A DNA stretch of 64,000 nt from Utricularia gibba (GCA_002189035.1 CM007990.1:5580001-5644000); one strand, 5' to 3'; shown: positions 1 to 12,539, counted from the first letter of the stretch. Translations and numbers: made by a program. Notes: a model not told the origin generated them from the sequence alone.

Positions 1-719
1 CTGATCCGAACATCTGCTTCGAGCCAACACGGGAATGCTGCATTCTGTGTAAAGCCAGCATGCACGGAGCCCACATCGGCGTGCATTCAGCCTACATGCT
101 TCCTTCCTCGAATCCTCCCCCCAGAAGCAAGAACAAGTCTGGGAAGTTAAAAGGGGAGAGCAAGTCGTCTTCAGGGATCTTTCTGCCTGAGCTTGTTGCT
201 GAACCAACTGCGGCGCGTTCAATGTCATTCGTTGGGACACATGAATATTTAGCACCTGAAATCATCAAAGGAGAAGGGCATGGCAGTGCAGTCGACTGGT
301 GGACATTTGGGATCTTCTTGCACGAGTTACTCTACGGCAAAACCCCATTCAAAGGCTCTGGAAATCGAGCAACTCTGTTCAACGTAGTCGGGCAGCAGCT
401 CAAATTCCCGGAGTCTCCAGCTACAAGCTACGCTAGCCGGGACCTCATCCGTGCACTTCTCGTCAAGGAGCCACAAAGCCGGCTTGGAGTGAAGCGTGGT
501 GCAGCTGAGATCAAACAGCATGCCTTCTTTGAAGGTGTTAACTGGGCCCTGATACGATGCAGCACCCCGCCGGAAGTGCCGAGGCCTGTGGATGCCGATC
601 CGCCGATGAAGTTGGGGCCAGTTGACCTCCCTGGAACCGGGAGCACAAGAGCAGCACCCCCAGTTGGAACCCAACCACAGTCAGGAGGGGGTAAGTTCCT
701 GGACTTCGAGTTCTTTTAG
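1..719 (+). CDS. D6PKL: AGCVIII/AGC1 Ser/Thr kinase, D6PK-like; last exon, 5' truncated, one apparent frameshift
   Basis: Frame 1 (1-~120) reads [40 protein letters not shown], the AGC1 insertion with CXXP repeats. Frame 3 continues [10 protein letters not shown]...[16 protein letters not shown]...VDWWTFG...DFEFF* (C-terminal FxxF). The frames join if the C6 run at 117-122 is C7. The ORF-track start at 60 is an artefact. Confidence 0.9.
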   Translation, partial: DPNICFEPTRECCILCKASMHGAHIGVHSAYMLPSSNPPPRSKNKSGKLKGESKSSSGIFLPELVAEPTAARSMSFVGTHEYLAPEIIKGEGHGSAVDWWTFGIFLHELLYGKTPFKGSGNRATLFNVVGQQLKFPESPATSYASRDLIRALLVKEPQSRLGVKRGAAEIKQHAFFEGVNWALIRCSTPPEVPRPVDADPPMKLGPVDLPGTGSTRAAPPVGTQPQSGGGKFLDFEFF

Positions 720-1320
720 AACACGTTATCTAGGTGTGATTCAGGATCAAGGGAAGAGGAGAAGGAGACTCAAGTTCTTTTCAGTCATCCATTCACTTGT
801 ATGCTTTCCCTTCTGTATGTACTACTGACAGATTGGCAGATCACTACAATTTTTTTTTCCAAAGTGCATTCTCATCTGTGCACTTCTTCTCACAACTGTC
901 TTCGAGAAAGACAGAAGAACCAGACAACCGCCCTCATGAACAGAACTCCTAATTCCCATGTAATCTCCAGCATTTCATCTGCTAAAGCAATAGAATCTCT
1001 GGTTCAAGATCCATTTACTGCAGAAGATGGTGTTCCAAAGAATGAACCCACAGATCATCATGCCTGTCTTTGCTGCATTGCAGCAACACAATCATGGCGA
1101 TTGTGTTGGATTCATGGGAACCAACTTTTTTTCCCGTTCGTGCAAAGCAATAGATGAGTGGAGCCATGTGGAGAGAAGAAGGGGTAAGTGATCATTCCTT
1201 TTAAAGGGATAATTATAAGTCCGTACAAATGGTTTTGGCGGGAATGCGCTTCTCGGGTTCGGGTATTAGAGAACAGTAAATCGTCGAAGGCTAGGGCTTT
1301 GGATTCCCCAATTTCGCGCT

Positions 1321-2629
1321 ATGGCCTCTAACGCGGAAAGTCTCTCGCAGTTCGACATCTCAGAGCAAGTGAGTTTTCGTATCTTCTGTGTGCAGTGGGT
1401 GCAAGAATCGATTCTCTTTGGTGATTTTCATGAATTCGTTTGCGAATCGGATAGGAGATGGAGAAATTGGTGGGGGAGCTAATTCGCTACATTCTATTCA
1501 AGACTGAGCAGACTTCAGGATGCCCAATTAGAAGGGAAGACTTGACCCAACTGATTTCTGGTAAAGGATATAGGCAGAGAAGTTTGCCGGCATTTGTGAT
1601 CAATGAAGCGAAATCAAAGCTCTCTTCAATTTTTGGGTATGATTTGGTGGAGCTTCAGCGTTCTCGGTCTTCTGCAGCTTCAGGCCGCTCATCACAGTCC
1701 CAGCAGGGTGAGCTTTGTTTCTTTTCACATTTTTGGGAAGTTATGCTCCTCTCGGTAATTAAAAAGAACATCTTTAGCTTCGTATTTCGATAGTCTGCAG
1801 AAAGTAAGATCATTTTTTCCTCTCAGAAGGTAGCTGATTGTATAAAACTTGGAATTGTCCATAGTCAGTGAGAAGCAGGGGTTGAGTGTAACTTCTGTAA
1901 ATGCACCTGAACCGATAGAAAATGTGGTTATTTTGACTGCAGCGGATGCAAAAACCTATGTGATCATGAGCAAGCTACCAGCTGATGTTTTTTCGAAACA
2001 TGTTGAGGACTCGAAGGCATCTCACATGAAAGGAATAACATTTGTTGTTGTTGGCATTGTTCAACTCAGCGGTGGCAAAATTACAGAAGGTATGGTTACC
2101 TCGAAATCACATACTTGAATCGATGGTCATGCGCTGGTTTATGTCTCTGTTTTTTTTTTATCTGATTAATGTCATTCCACTTGTCAATGTGCCCAACTTT
2201 TTCCTGAAGAAAATCTTTGTCATCACCTGAAGCGCTTAGGGGTGAATGAGAATGAAGCAAACCGCCCAGATTCAGTTAACACCAAGCTGGTCTTGGAAAC
2301 GCTTGTCCAACAAAGGTGATTTTTGCGACATGGTTTTAACCCTTTGTCGGCTCTAGTTGTTCCGAGCTTAACCTTCGGCCTCTTCAGATACTTGCAGAAG
2401 GAGAAATCCAATGGCCCTGATGGCAGCATCATCTATTATCAGCTTGCTGAGAGAGCTCTAGAGAAAGGGTTCCATGATCGAATAAAAGAATACGTATCTC
2501 AGGTGGGTCTCCAAGTTTTGTTCATGAGTCACATGCGTTAACTCCCCCCTTGCAATAACAGTAAAATGGATACGGTAATATGCACTGCAGATGATGCAAA
2601 ACGATCAAGTTCCCTTGGGGGATGACTGA
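1321..2629 (+). CDS. NSE3: MAGE-domain SMC5/6 subunit, non-structural maintenance of chromosomes element 3
   Basis: Exons 1321-1368, 1455-1707, 1943-2089, 2210-2315, 2388-2502, 2591-2629, all GT-AG and in phase. Motifs MASNAESLSQFDIS, LIRYILFK..PIRREDL, LETLVQQRYLQKEK, YYQLAERAL. Confidence 0.88.
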
Positions 2630-3685
2630 AATGCCCATCCTCTGTAAAAGAAGCTCTGCGTTGCAGCAGTAGAATGTATGTATTCCTATTTAACTGCAGG
2701 ATTTTAGTTTCGAGATCCCAGCTACTGTACTTCTTCCTCTTCACGTGGGCTTCCTGAACTCTACTTCAGTTTGAGCACAGGGTCATGACTGTTTTGTCGG
2801 TGGGTTTGCAGTTGATTTGGTTTTAGTTGGAAAAAAAAACAAGAATTATAATAAATGTATTTTGGTTCTTAAATCAAATTTATTAAAATAAAATAACCAA
2901 ACGGTATGGAGTAGCCTGAGAACAGATCCGACCCGGTCGAAATGTTGTGATATCGCAAAGGTACGGGAGGCGAGGATGTGTACGATTTGCAGAGCTCATC
3001 ATTTGGGTGGCGTTAAACAGCGCTCCGGAACGGTTCAGCGATCGTTTCAGGGGCTTGGAGGCTATAAAGATCGATGCTTTGAGGAAGCATTGTGCTCAGT
3101 ATCGATGTAATTGTTCGTGGAGTATTACTATGGGCTTTGTTGGAGGTTGGAATCTTTGTGGGAATTTGTTAGGGTTTCTGATCTAAGCTTTTTTTTTCTC
3201 TCGTTTTCCCATTGTTTTGTGTTTCTGTGTGTTTCCGGAATGGAATTTATGTCTGCATTTTCGCCTTGTTCCGTTTTATCCCTCAAGTTTTTTTTTTTTC
3301 TTGAAGCGTGTGTTTCCTCGTTTACTTCCTGCTCTTCGAACTGTGATTCGTATGGAAACGGCGGGTACCAAGATTTATTGGAGGGAGTTTAGGGAAGAAG
3401 TCGAAAATTATGTTATTTGGTTTGACTTTTTTTATTAATGGGAGTCTGTTTTGTTGCATTCACGAACATCACTGCGAACGCTTCCACCTTATCGCCTACC
3501 ATGCATTTTATTTTTAATTATTTTTTTTATAATTGCAGTTGTTTTTTTCTTTTTTACCTTGGCGCTGCTTATGGTTTATCCATTCGTGATCGGCAGGTCA
3601 AGTGACTTTTGGTTTGGCGATGCTTTGAGACTTGCTGAATTATTTTTTGGGCCAAAAGAAAGCTACGTTTTGATAAATACACAGA

Positions 3686-5849
3686 ATGGCTGGAAAAACT
3701 TCAAGGGCTCTTAAGAGATCTTCCAATATGCATGTGTTTGAGAAATCTTCATCGAGTCCAAAGGATCAGCATGCCCAGCCAAGGAAGCAACTGAGGAAAA
3801 ATGATAACCCTGTTAGGACCCCTCACACAGGAGAACCTTCTGTTGAATGGAAGAGTTACAAATCATGGATTTGTCAAAATTCTGCATGCAGGGCTTATTT
3901 ATTAGCAGACGATATATTTTGCAAGAGGTGCTCTTGCTGTATTTGTCATTTATTTGATGACAACAAGGACCCTAGTCTTTGGTTGGAATGCATGTCAGAA
4001 TCAGGTACGGGTGATTCCTGTGGGTTATCTTGTCACATTGAGTGTGCCCTCCAACGTCGTAAGGTTGGGGTTGTTGATTTGGGACTATTAATGCAGTTGG
4101 ATGGAAGCTATTGTTGTGCTTCTTGTGGAAAAGTAACAGGAGTACTTGAGTAAGCCTTTTCCCGTGACAATAGTTAGTATTGGCTGCATCTTTTTCACAT
4201 TGTTTTCTCATCCAAGTTGCTGATATGTCTGATTTCATTCCAAAGTTTTCCATGCATTTAAGCTGGAATATGATCTGATGATTGGGTACATATGAAATTG
4301 ATTATACTGACATTTTGACCAGTAAGCTAATAAATGACATTAGCTCTTGCTAGCTTAGTATCTCAGGTTTTAACTTCTTTGTTTTTTTCTCTTTGTAACG
4401 CATCAGGTCCTGGAAAAAGCAGTTAGTCATTGCCAGGGATGCTCGCCGAGTTGATATACTCTGCTACAGGCTTTTCTTGAGTTACAGGCTTCTTGATGGG
4501 ACTTCCAAGTTTAATGAGCTCCATGCACATGTTAGTGAGGCGAAAGCGAAGCTGGAGACTGATGTTGGTCCAATTGATGGAGTTTCAGCCAAGATGGCTA
4601 GGGGCATTGTTAGTAGACTCTCCGTGGGAGCGGATGTACAGAGACTCTGCTCTCTTGCAGTAGAAAAAGCTGATGAACTGATGGCCTCAAAGCCTAACAC
4701 GCCAATGCTTCTGAATGGTAAACCATGTTTGCAGCTTCTCTTATTTCCATGATGCGCTTGCTTCTTTGAGTTGACATCAATGTTGAATGTTGGACAGAGG
4801 GCACACTTCCTGCAGCCTGCAGATTTGCTTTTGAGGAGGTTACACCTTCTTCAATTGTCGTGCTATTACTAGAATTGCCAACTTCGCCCCGCCATGATAT
4901 TAAGGGGTACAAAATATGGTATTGTAAGGCCAAGGAAGAGGCATACCCCAGGGAGCCTGCTTCTGTCTTTCCAAGAGATCGTAGGCGAATTTGGTTGTCT
5001 AATCTACAACCTTGCGCAGAATATTCCATCCGCGTTGTCTCTTATACTGAAAATGGCGATTTCGGGCACTCTGAAGTCAAGTGCTTCACGAAGAGTGTAG
5101 AAGTACTGTACAAGAATTTCGATTCTCAGGCAGCAACCCCCGAGGTTGACAATCCATACAGTGGAGAAGCCTCCAGAGCTAAGCAGCTATCCAGGACTTA
5201 CGTTGATATAGAATCTGATTCAGGCTTAAGAGTCCGTGATCTTGGCAGGATCTTAAGTCTTGCTTCATCGCAGTATGGAGGCTGTTTTGAGTCATTTTGC
5301 AGTGCTGCAAACAATAAATGCATCTGCATACCTGACGCCCTGAAGCAAGAAACTCATGAACAAAGGTGGCTTCCAGTTTCACGTCATCTTGACTTGAATG
5401 TAGCTACGGTGCCAGATCTAAATGAAGAGTTTACCCCAACAGCTGAATATGGTACTGGGTGCACTTTTGGAGATGCCGATGAGGATGGTTATTCTCATGA
5501 AGTTCAGAGGGACCAGAAATTGGTTTCTTGTCTGAAGAAGAGATGCTGCAGCAACGGAGAGAAGCAGGATTCCGACAGCACTCTGACTAATGGATCCCCC
5601 CTTGAATCACACCGTGAATCAGGATATCTGGACGAGAATTTCGAGTACTGCATAAAGATTATTCGGTGGATGGAATGCCAAGGCTATATACAGAAGGATT
5701 TTAGAATGAAATTGCTCAAATGGTTCAGCCTTAGATCGACTGTGCAGGAGCGCAGAGTTGTCAACACATTCATTCAAATGTTAATCGGTGATCCAAGTAG
5801 TTTGGCAGGACAGCTAGTAGACGCATTCTCTGATATCATTTCCAGCTAG
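3686..5849 (+). CDS. VIL1: VIN3-like PHD/FNIII/VID protein (VIL1/VRN5-like)
   Basis: Exons 3686-4149, 4407-4717, 4798-5849. PHD CKRCSCCIC...SCHIECAL...CCASCGK, WKKQL..ARDARRVD, FNIII (LQPCAEYSIRVVS), VID domain (EYCIKIIRWMECQG...DPSSLAGQLVD). Confidence 0.9.
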
Positions 5850-7054
5850 ACGCCACGAAACGGTATCTGTGTTAGCACACATTCTAAAAAAGCACAGCGC
5901 TAGCTGTACTTAGGAAGTATAGCTTATCACATTCCTTTTCTGATCATGGTGTGGATTCTCTGTGCAGGAATCTTCCCCCATGTGTCCACATGCGATTCAT
6001 TTGACAGATAGAAAAGCAGCTAGCAGATCCAGAACCCCCCACCCCCTTGATGGACATAGTTGCTGATTTAACTTATCTCTCATTAGGTCAGCCCCATTGT
6101 TTCGGCTGAGATGTCACACATTGTGAACATCCATTTAAACTACTCTACTTTAACCAATGATCCCCTTTCCATTAGCCCAAATTCTGCAGCTCAATTCGGT
6201 TCTTACATTCCATCTTACTAGTCAGCGCTCTATTGTCTGTCTTTCTACAACTGTCTCTTCTCCTCCACAATCCAAGGTATGCAGAAGACATTACTGTTCT
6301 GTCACAAAAGGGGTGTTTGGATGGAGGCATTTTTTGGCGTAGGAAATGATAGGCTGGCGTAATAAATGAAAGGCAGCTAGAGAGGGCTCTTGGTGTGACT
6401 GAATGCTAGAGATACGAAGATCATTGACTCCTCTGATAAGAAGAAGATGCCTTTTTCACCAATTTTGTGTAACTGGCATTCAAGATTTTTATAATCGATG
6501 GATTGTGTATCAAGAGAGTAGGCCAACTCCCCCTCGCATTAACTGCAATGCAACAGCTACCGCTCTCTGCCTCAGTCTCACCACAGCCATTCACCTGCAA
6601 CACTGCACATGACTCACATGTCCTCCCCACACTCACTACTACGCACCTCTGGCCCGGCCACCCATTCCTGATCCTTCTTGACAGCCGAGTTCAACATCTT
6701 CTGATGCATTCCGAGCTTCAATCTGAAACTGATTCTTCTAAACGTGGCCACCAAAGGTGACCCTTTACGAAACGTGTCTGGTTCACTCATCTTGTTAGGT
6801 TCTGTAAGCGCAAACGTCATGGAAAAGGGTTCACGTGTGTGATAGACAGCAAGGTGAGAATTAGCACAGTAGTGGTATTAGGGGGGCATTCCACATCAAT
6901 TAAGACATGAAAGTGTTTCTCCATTGTGTCCTAAAGAAGCACAACCCAAGACAGATGGATAGATAGTAGATAAGATATTCAAGCAGATTAGAAACCCTAG
7001 TGGCATTGCATTGCAACACAGGAAGGAAGAGCCCCTGGTTCTTTCTGTTCGCTC

Positions 7055-8944
7055 TCAGTAGGGCGAAACGCCGACGTTGGGCGGACCCAGAAACCCTTCC
7101 TTCATAAGCGCATCATCTCCTTCCTGCAACAAGATTCAACTCAACGCATATTTAGAAATTAGGGTTTTCGAACATCCATGCACGCACCTGCTGACACACA
7201 TTCGCCTTCTTCACCGGCTGGTCGGGCATGAGACCGAAGTGGATGTGCGGAAAGTGGGCCCACTGGAAAGAAATCAACCAGAACACCAATCGTTAAGAGA
7301 CACATGGCATCTACCGACAGACATGGAACCCTAGTCCACATAAGCATCATTAACATGATGAATCTTTCTTAATTCTCGCAAACCAGAAGAAGAAACTTCA
7401 GTAAGAACCTTTCCGGATTCGAAAGCCTTAGTTTCATTTTCCTAAGAGACAAAGCGGGGATGGGTCGAATCTTACGTTTTTGGCAGCTGCACTGAAGGCC
7501 TCCCTGTGACTGATATCAGGGTTTCCAGCCTTGATGCGTTGGATCTCGTCCCTGCATCGAGTTTAGTAGTATCTGTCATCGATAAGGCCAACCCATTTCG
7601 CAATTCTAAGTCGTGGGTAAGCACTAGGCACTGTTATGGTTTTGTTCCCATTAAACCTCGTGCGCTGTAAAAGAAGCTCGCCTCCATGAATAAAGCTGCA
7701 ACTGCGCAAAACCCGTTGCAGCTTTGGCGAGGGAGCAGTGTAGTGTAGGATAGGGTTGTGTACAGTTTGCATCTATATCGTCGCACAGTATCCAGTTCTA
7801 GATACTGGAATTAAATAATGCTTGTCCTAGAACTTACTTGATGAAGCGGTTGTAAGCAGAGGGAACTCTCTGTCTTTTCTCCGGAGCTGAAGGGAAAGAA
7901 AGAAAGAGAATCAAACATAAGCGACAGTAAGAGGAAGTCAATTCAGTGTCCGTCCAATATCTGTGTCTATTTCTCTCATCACACACCATCATTATGTAAT
8001 GATCATTTTCCTCTGCTCGGATCCCGGGGAACAACAACACAGGATTCTAGTCATTTATTACCGAACCCAGAAAAAAAAAAGTGACCCCAGAGGAGATCAA
8101 GAAGTAGGGCTCTCAAGATTTGATGAATGGGGAAGTTGAGCGATGTCTGGGCAGAAAAGAAGCTTGAAAAACTCAGTAGTGGGATAGCTAACGACTGTGC
8201 AACGAGAATGGATTCAGAAAAGGAAGCCATGGTACTCGATGCTGCACATGGAGGAAAAGCAACCAACATTAAATGGGGTTTGGTGTTGTGGAAGTGGTAG
8301 CTCGAGATCTGGTTTTTGCTAAGGGTGGATTAAAGACCTAATGCAGGATTAAATTCTAAGGGAAACGGATAATCTCACGTCGATTGGCCACCGGTGGCTT
8401 TGGAAGCTCGTCGATGCTACGAACAGGGCTGGGGTTTGGCTGGTTGGCAAACACGTTCGCCGGAGAATTCCTGATATCCTCCTGCATAATGCAACTCCAT
8501 TGAGCATCAACCACTAGAAAGATCCAGATCTTTCTCCGATCAAAGCAAACGCTCAGAGAAGAAAAAGAGGTTTCGCCTATCTGTTTACCAGGAGATTCTG
8601 AGAGGAGAAGAAGGGATGGCCCTGAAGAAGCTGATGGGCGCCAGGGGGTGAAGCGGCGCCCTCATATACACAGAGAGGAGAGTGGTACAGTGACCGCATC
8701 TCACAGTAACAGTCTTGAACAAGCTTGCACAAGGAACGCTCACCTGATCAAACAAAAAGAAAAAAAAACCCTAAAAAACCAACCACAACCACAAAAAAGC
8801 GATATGGGTATCTCTTTGTACCGCGAGGACGGTGTCGCAGACTTGACAATGAACATAGCAGAGCTGCTCGGCGGCCGCGGCGGTATGGTGGTGGTGATGG
8901 CTGTCCTGCGCAGCAAATGTGGAGGAAGAAGAAGAAGAGGACAT
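7055..8944 (-). CDS. FIL: YABBY transcription factor, FIL/YAB3 clade; one apparent frameshift
   Basis: Seven exons: 8944-8822, 8743-8589, 8481-8379, 7886-7838 (49 nt), 7551-7476 (76 nt), 7262-7188, 7123-7055. Zinc finger [20 protein letters not shown]...VRCGHC; YABBY domain [24 protein letters not shown]...[11 protein letters not shown]; ends NVGVSPY*. Exon 2 is 155 nt between phase-0 junctions and needs +1 at G5 8644-8648. Confidence 0.93.
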
Positions 8945-9434
8945 TCCGAAGACGAGGCTGGCTTTATCCAGAAAGAAAGTTTTTGGCTCAATTTTTTCCT
9001 TTTCTTTATAGTTTCTAAGTGATGATTTGATTGATGGATTCGTTATCCAGGTAGGTTTATATACATCTGCGCCCTCCTCCTCCTCCTCCGCGTTCTGCAA
9101 CCGGAGTAGGAGTAGTAGCAGGAGTAGGGGCCGCCCCTCCAATTTCTACAATTCCTCCACTTAAAAAAAACACAATTATTTAAATATTCATCGTTTTCCG
9201 TTCAGACACTGAACCACAAAATAATATTTATTTATAATCGGAATTTTCCAAAAAAAAAAACTAAAAATTAGGCCGATTATCAATTCGAACCACCTATATA
9301 ACTTAGGATTATTTAAAAAAATAGTCATTCTGACTTTTTTCTCACACAACAATTTTTTATATGTTACATGATCATTTTTTTCATACAATCATGAAAATGT
9401 GCCTACTTTTCTAATACATCCATATGACACGTCG

Positions 9435-9496
9435 AATTTCGGATTTTATCCGAAAATTGAAATTTCATTTAAAAAAAAAATCTAAAATCCGAAATT
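9435..9496. repeat. 14-bp perfect inverted repeat (AATTTCGGATTTTA / TAAAATCCGAAATT), 34-nt spacer
   Basis: Arms read directly at 9435-9448 and 9483-9496. Confidence 0.7.
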
Positions 9497-10050
9497 TCGT
9501 AAATTTTAAAACAAATAGACTACATGAATTCAAGACCGTTGCACGGAATGCACGGTTTTATTTTCTTTAAAAAATGGTGCATAAAATTTAAATATGCACA
9601 AAGAAAAAAGACTTAACGTCGGGCCGCTATCCCGTGGTATAGTAAATATTACCGGTTCAGAAAAAAGAGGACAATTTTTTTAAAAAATTATTTTTTAAAA
9701 AGGAAATCGTGTCAGTCAGCGGATAATTTATTCGGAGCATGTGATATCATTAAATTAAATATTTTAAATTCTGTTGGTACCGTGCAAAATGAACGATGCA
9801 CGATGGATAATTAATGATATCTTTTTAAATTAATATATATTTTTTGAAAATTAGTACCTTACCATGTGGTGTCATTAAATTAATTGTTTTTTTATAAAAA
9901 ATGAAATGGGTACAAAAACACGATACGTAATTAATGGGGCTTGAATTAAATAAAATATTATTTCAAGAAAAGGGAAATAAAGTGGAGAAATTAGGGGGTT
10001 GGAGTTAAGTTGGTAATTTGGAGTTGGGGTGAAATTCATTTGTTGCGATA

Positions 10051-10438
10051 TGACGTGTCGGGCGGTGTGCTCTCTCTCCGTGTCACTGTGGAGACAGACA
10101 CGCGCACAGACACAGGGATACGTTGTTGTCACTGAAATTTAGCTAACGAAACGACGCATGTCTTTTTTACCAGTGTACGGCGCCCCATCCATCCCACGCT
10201 CTGCTTCTGCTTCTGCTTCTCCTCCTTTTCTTTTGATTTTGTTAGCTTCTGGGATGCATCCAGAAGGGTTGGTTGTTTTTCATTTGTGGATCTGAAACGA
10301 GACAGAATGGTGGGGAGGCCCCATGTCTGAATGTTTGAACACAGGCACAGCCCACAATGTTTGAAAACGTTTTAGGTGATGGAATTTGGAAGGGGAAGAA
10401 GAAGCGTATGGGGTTTCCATTCCATTCTGCGATGTCTC
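10051..10438. promoter_or_regulatory. Cluster of AuxRE-like motifs upstream of FIL
   Basis: TGACGT 10051 overlapping TGTCGG 10056-10061; GAGACA 10091-10096 and 10279-10284; TGTCTC 10433-10438. Motif match only. Confidence 0.35.
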
Positions 10439-11854
10439 TGAGTGGGCAGAGAGTGTGTGCTTCGAGAAGATTGTGGTGTGCGGATGAACTTCCCAGGCTT
10501 GTTCGAATCTGGTACAAAACCAAGTTTTGCATCTGCTCCTAGAAGGTTGTCACGTGTTGGGATTCCGGCTCGTGAACACAGACAGATAGACAGACAGAGA
10601 GAGTGTGTGTGTTTTGATCGATTTGTCTGCAAATCTTCATTCTCTGGACACCCGTCGGCAGAAGCATCAATAACTTCCCCAGAAGGTGACAACGTCTCTT
10701 GCCCTTGGTCTCATTCTCTCTCTGTTGCCTGAGTCACAGAACCAACAGATGAAGGAAGAAGCTCCAGCCTCCATGGATCAACACCAATTTCATTCAAAGC
10801 AGAAAGGGATCATCCCAGTGATTCCTTTATTGATAATGCGAATCGTTTAGATTGTAGATTTGGTGACAAACAAGTGCATGGATGTCCGAGTGCTGCGCTG
10901 CAACTACAAGATCGAGGATTGAGATGATGGAAATCACCACACATGGGCAAAAAGGGATGCGGAGACGTTAAAGACACACACATGCGAGCAATAACTACGC
11001 CGTCAGGCGTCACATGGGGTGCGTAATGAGGGACGGACACGAGCCTCCTCGGCCCTCCCTCCTCACAAGACGGAGAAGCACTGCTCCGATGCCCCTTCCC
11101 AGCACCAAGAACCAGAACCAGACCCGGAAGACGAGACCCCTTCTGTCTGGGAAATGGGAACCATCTGTTGGGCTTGTCAAATTCTGCTCCTCGGCCCACC
11201 AAACAAACAAATAAACAACACACATTTTACTTTTAAGAAGTTTTCTCCATAGATCTCGTATATAATTTTGATTACTGTTAGATTACATGTGAAATTTAAA
11301 TAAACATAAAACGTCAGTCACATTAGTAAAGATTATATATAACTCTATTACTATTGATATATAATTTTTTGTATAATTGATTATTTCATTTTTTAAAATT
11401 TTGATTTAGAATTGTTTTTTAATATTTAACTTCAAGTCAAATTGGTTTTTGAAAGTAATACTTTTTTTTTTGTAATTTTAGGTGATTTGATCTTAAGGTT
11501 TATCTAATTTTATAAGTTCAATATATTTAATTACTTTTGTAATTAAAAACTTTAATATCATATTGAAATTAAAAATTTGATAGATTCAACGATCACACAT
11601 GAAACCAAAATATATAAAAAACATCGATCACAAATTTCGATATAAAATTGTTTGTTATAATAGGATTGATAGTGATAATTTCATCGAATTCTCCAAAAAA
11701 GTTACTAAAGATGAGAGATTGGCTAGTTTGAAAGAAGAGGAACACCAAGCTTCGAGAAGAACGCCCGTCATCATCGTCGACAAAGGTTGAAAGTCCGACA
11801 TAAAAACATAAGGTGGAGGATGATGAGTCTCCAAAGGTTTGCCTTTCATCGATA

Positions 11855-11887
11855 ACACACACACGTGTGGATGTGTGTGTGTGTGTG
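11855..11887. repeat. (AC)n-CACGTG-(GT)n microsatellite with central G-box
   Basis: ACACACACACGTGTGGATGTGTGTGTGTGTGTG; G-box at 11862-11867. Confidence 0.7.
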
Positions 11888-12539
11888 CATGTTCCTTTTT
11901 TTGAAGAGGGAGGGCGTGTGACACTCACTCCTCACTAGTTGACCATCTCTGTATCTATGTCATTAGGGAGGTGCCAACACAAATCTTAGCTTAGCACCTT
12001 CCAAAGTCAAACCCTAACCCTTTGAGGCGATTCGTCCAACAACCAACCAATCAGATGGTCCAGTGCAGGAATCCACCCAAAATCTGGTCAGAATCCATGT
12101 AACAAAAACCATGTCAAGTTATATTTTTCAGCTCTATTTTGAACCATGGACTTCGGAATCACCTCTCCCAATCACTAGGTTTTTAGATAAAGTGTGAGGT
12201 TACAAATCATATAAATCTTGTACGAAACCCAAACCCCTTTTCTTTTTTGAAAAAGAAAAACTGCACAATTACACATACAGATCGTGACATTAGAATTGAA
12301 TCGAATCTGATTTAACTTCGAATATTTTTTTTTTTTTTTTTGGGGTATGAGGGGAGTGTTTAGTAAGGAACTGGGTATTCTCCTGCAAGTGGAAGTCCAA
12401 GGGAGCGCCATTATTCAATGAAGCGTGTCAAATCTTCCAAAACCGAGTTTATTTAATGGTCAGCATCGCCATGGTCAAACACCTGGTTTCCTATAAGGAG
12501 GACGCACCTCTGTGACTACGCAGTAGAGAGCTCCCCCAA

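Noticed and set aside
60-122. ORF-track N-terminus [12 protein letters not shown]...
   Set aside because: Out-of-frame reading; the conserved kinase insertion is in frame 1.
6088-6131. Two adjacent small hairpins after VIL1
   Set aside because: Stems of 6-9 bp are expected by chance, and there are no snoRNA or miRNA hallmarks.
10490-10522. tRNA-like GTTCGAATC followed by ...ACCA
   Set aside because: The T-stem does not pair, and no D-arm, anticodon arm or acceptor stem is present.
10592-10726. miR156-like GACAGAGAGAGTG with a partly complementary arm
   Set aside because: Only about 10 bp of simple (GA)/(TC) pairing, and the 3' half of miR156 is absent.
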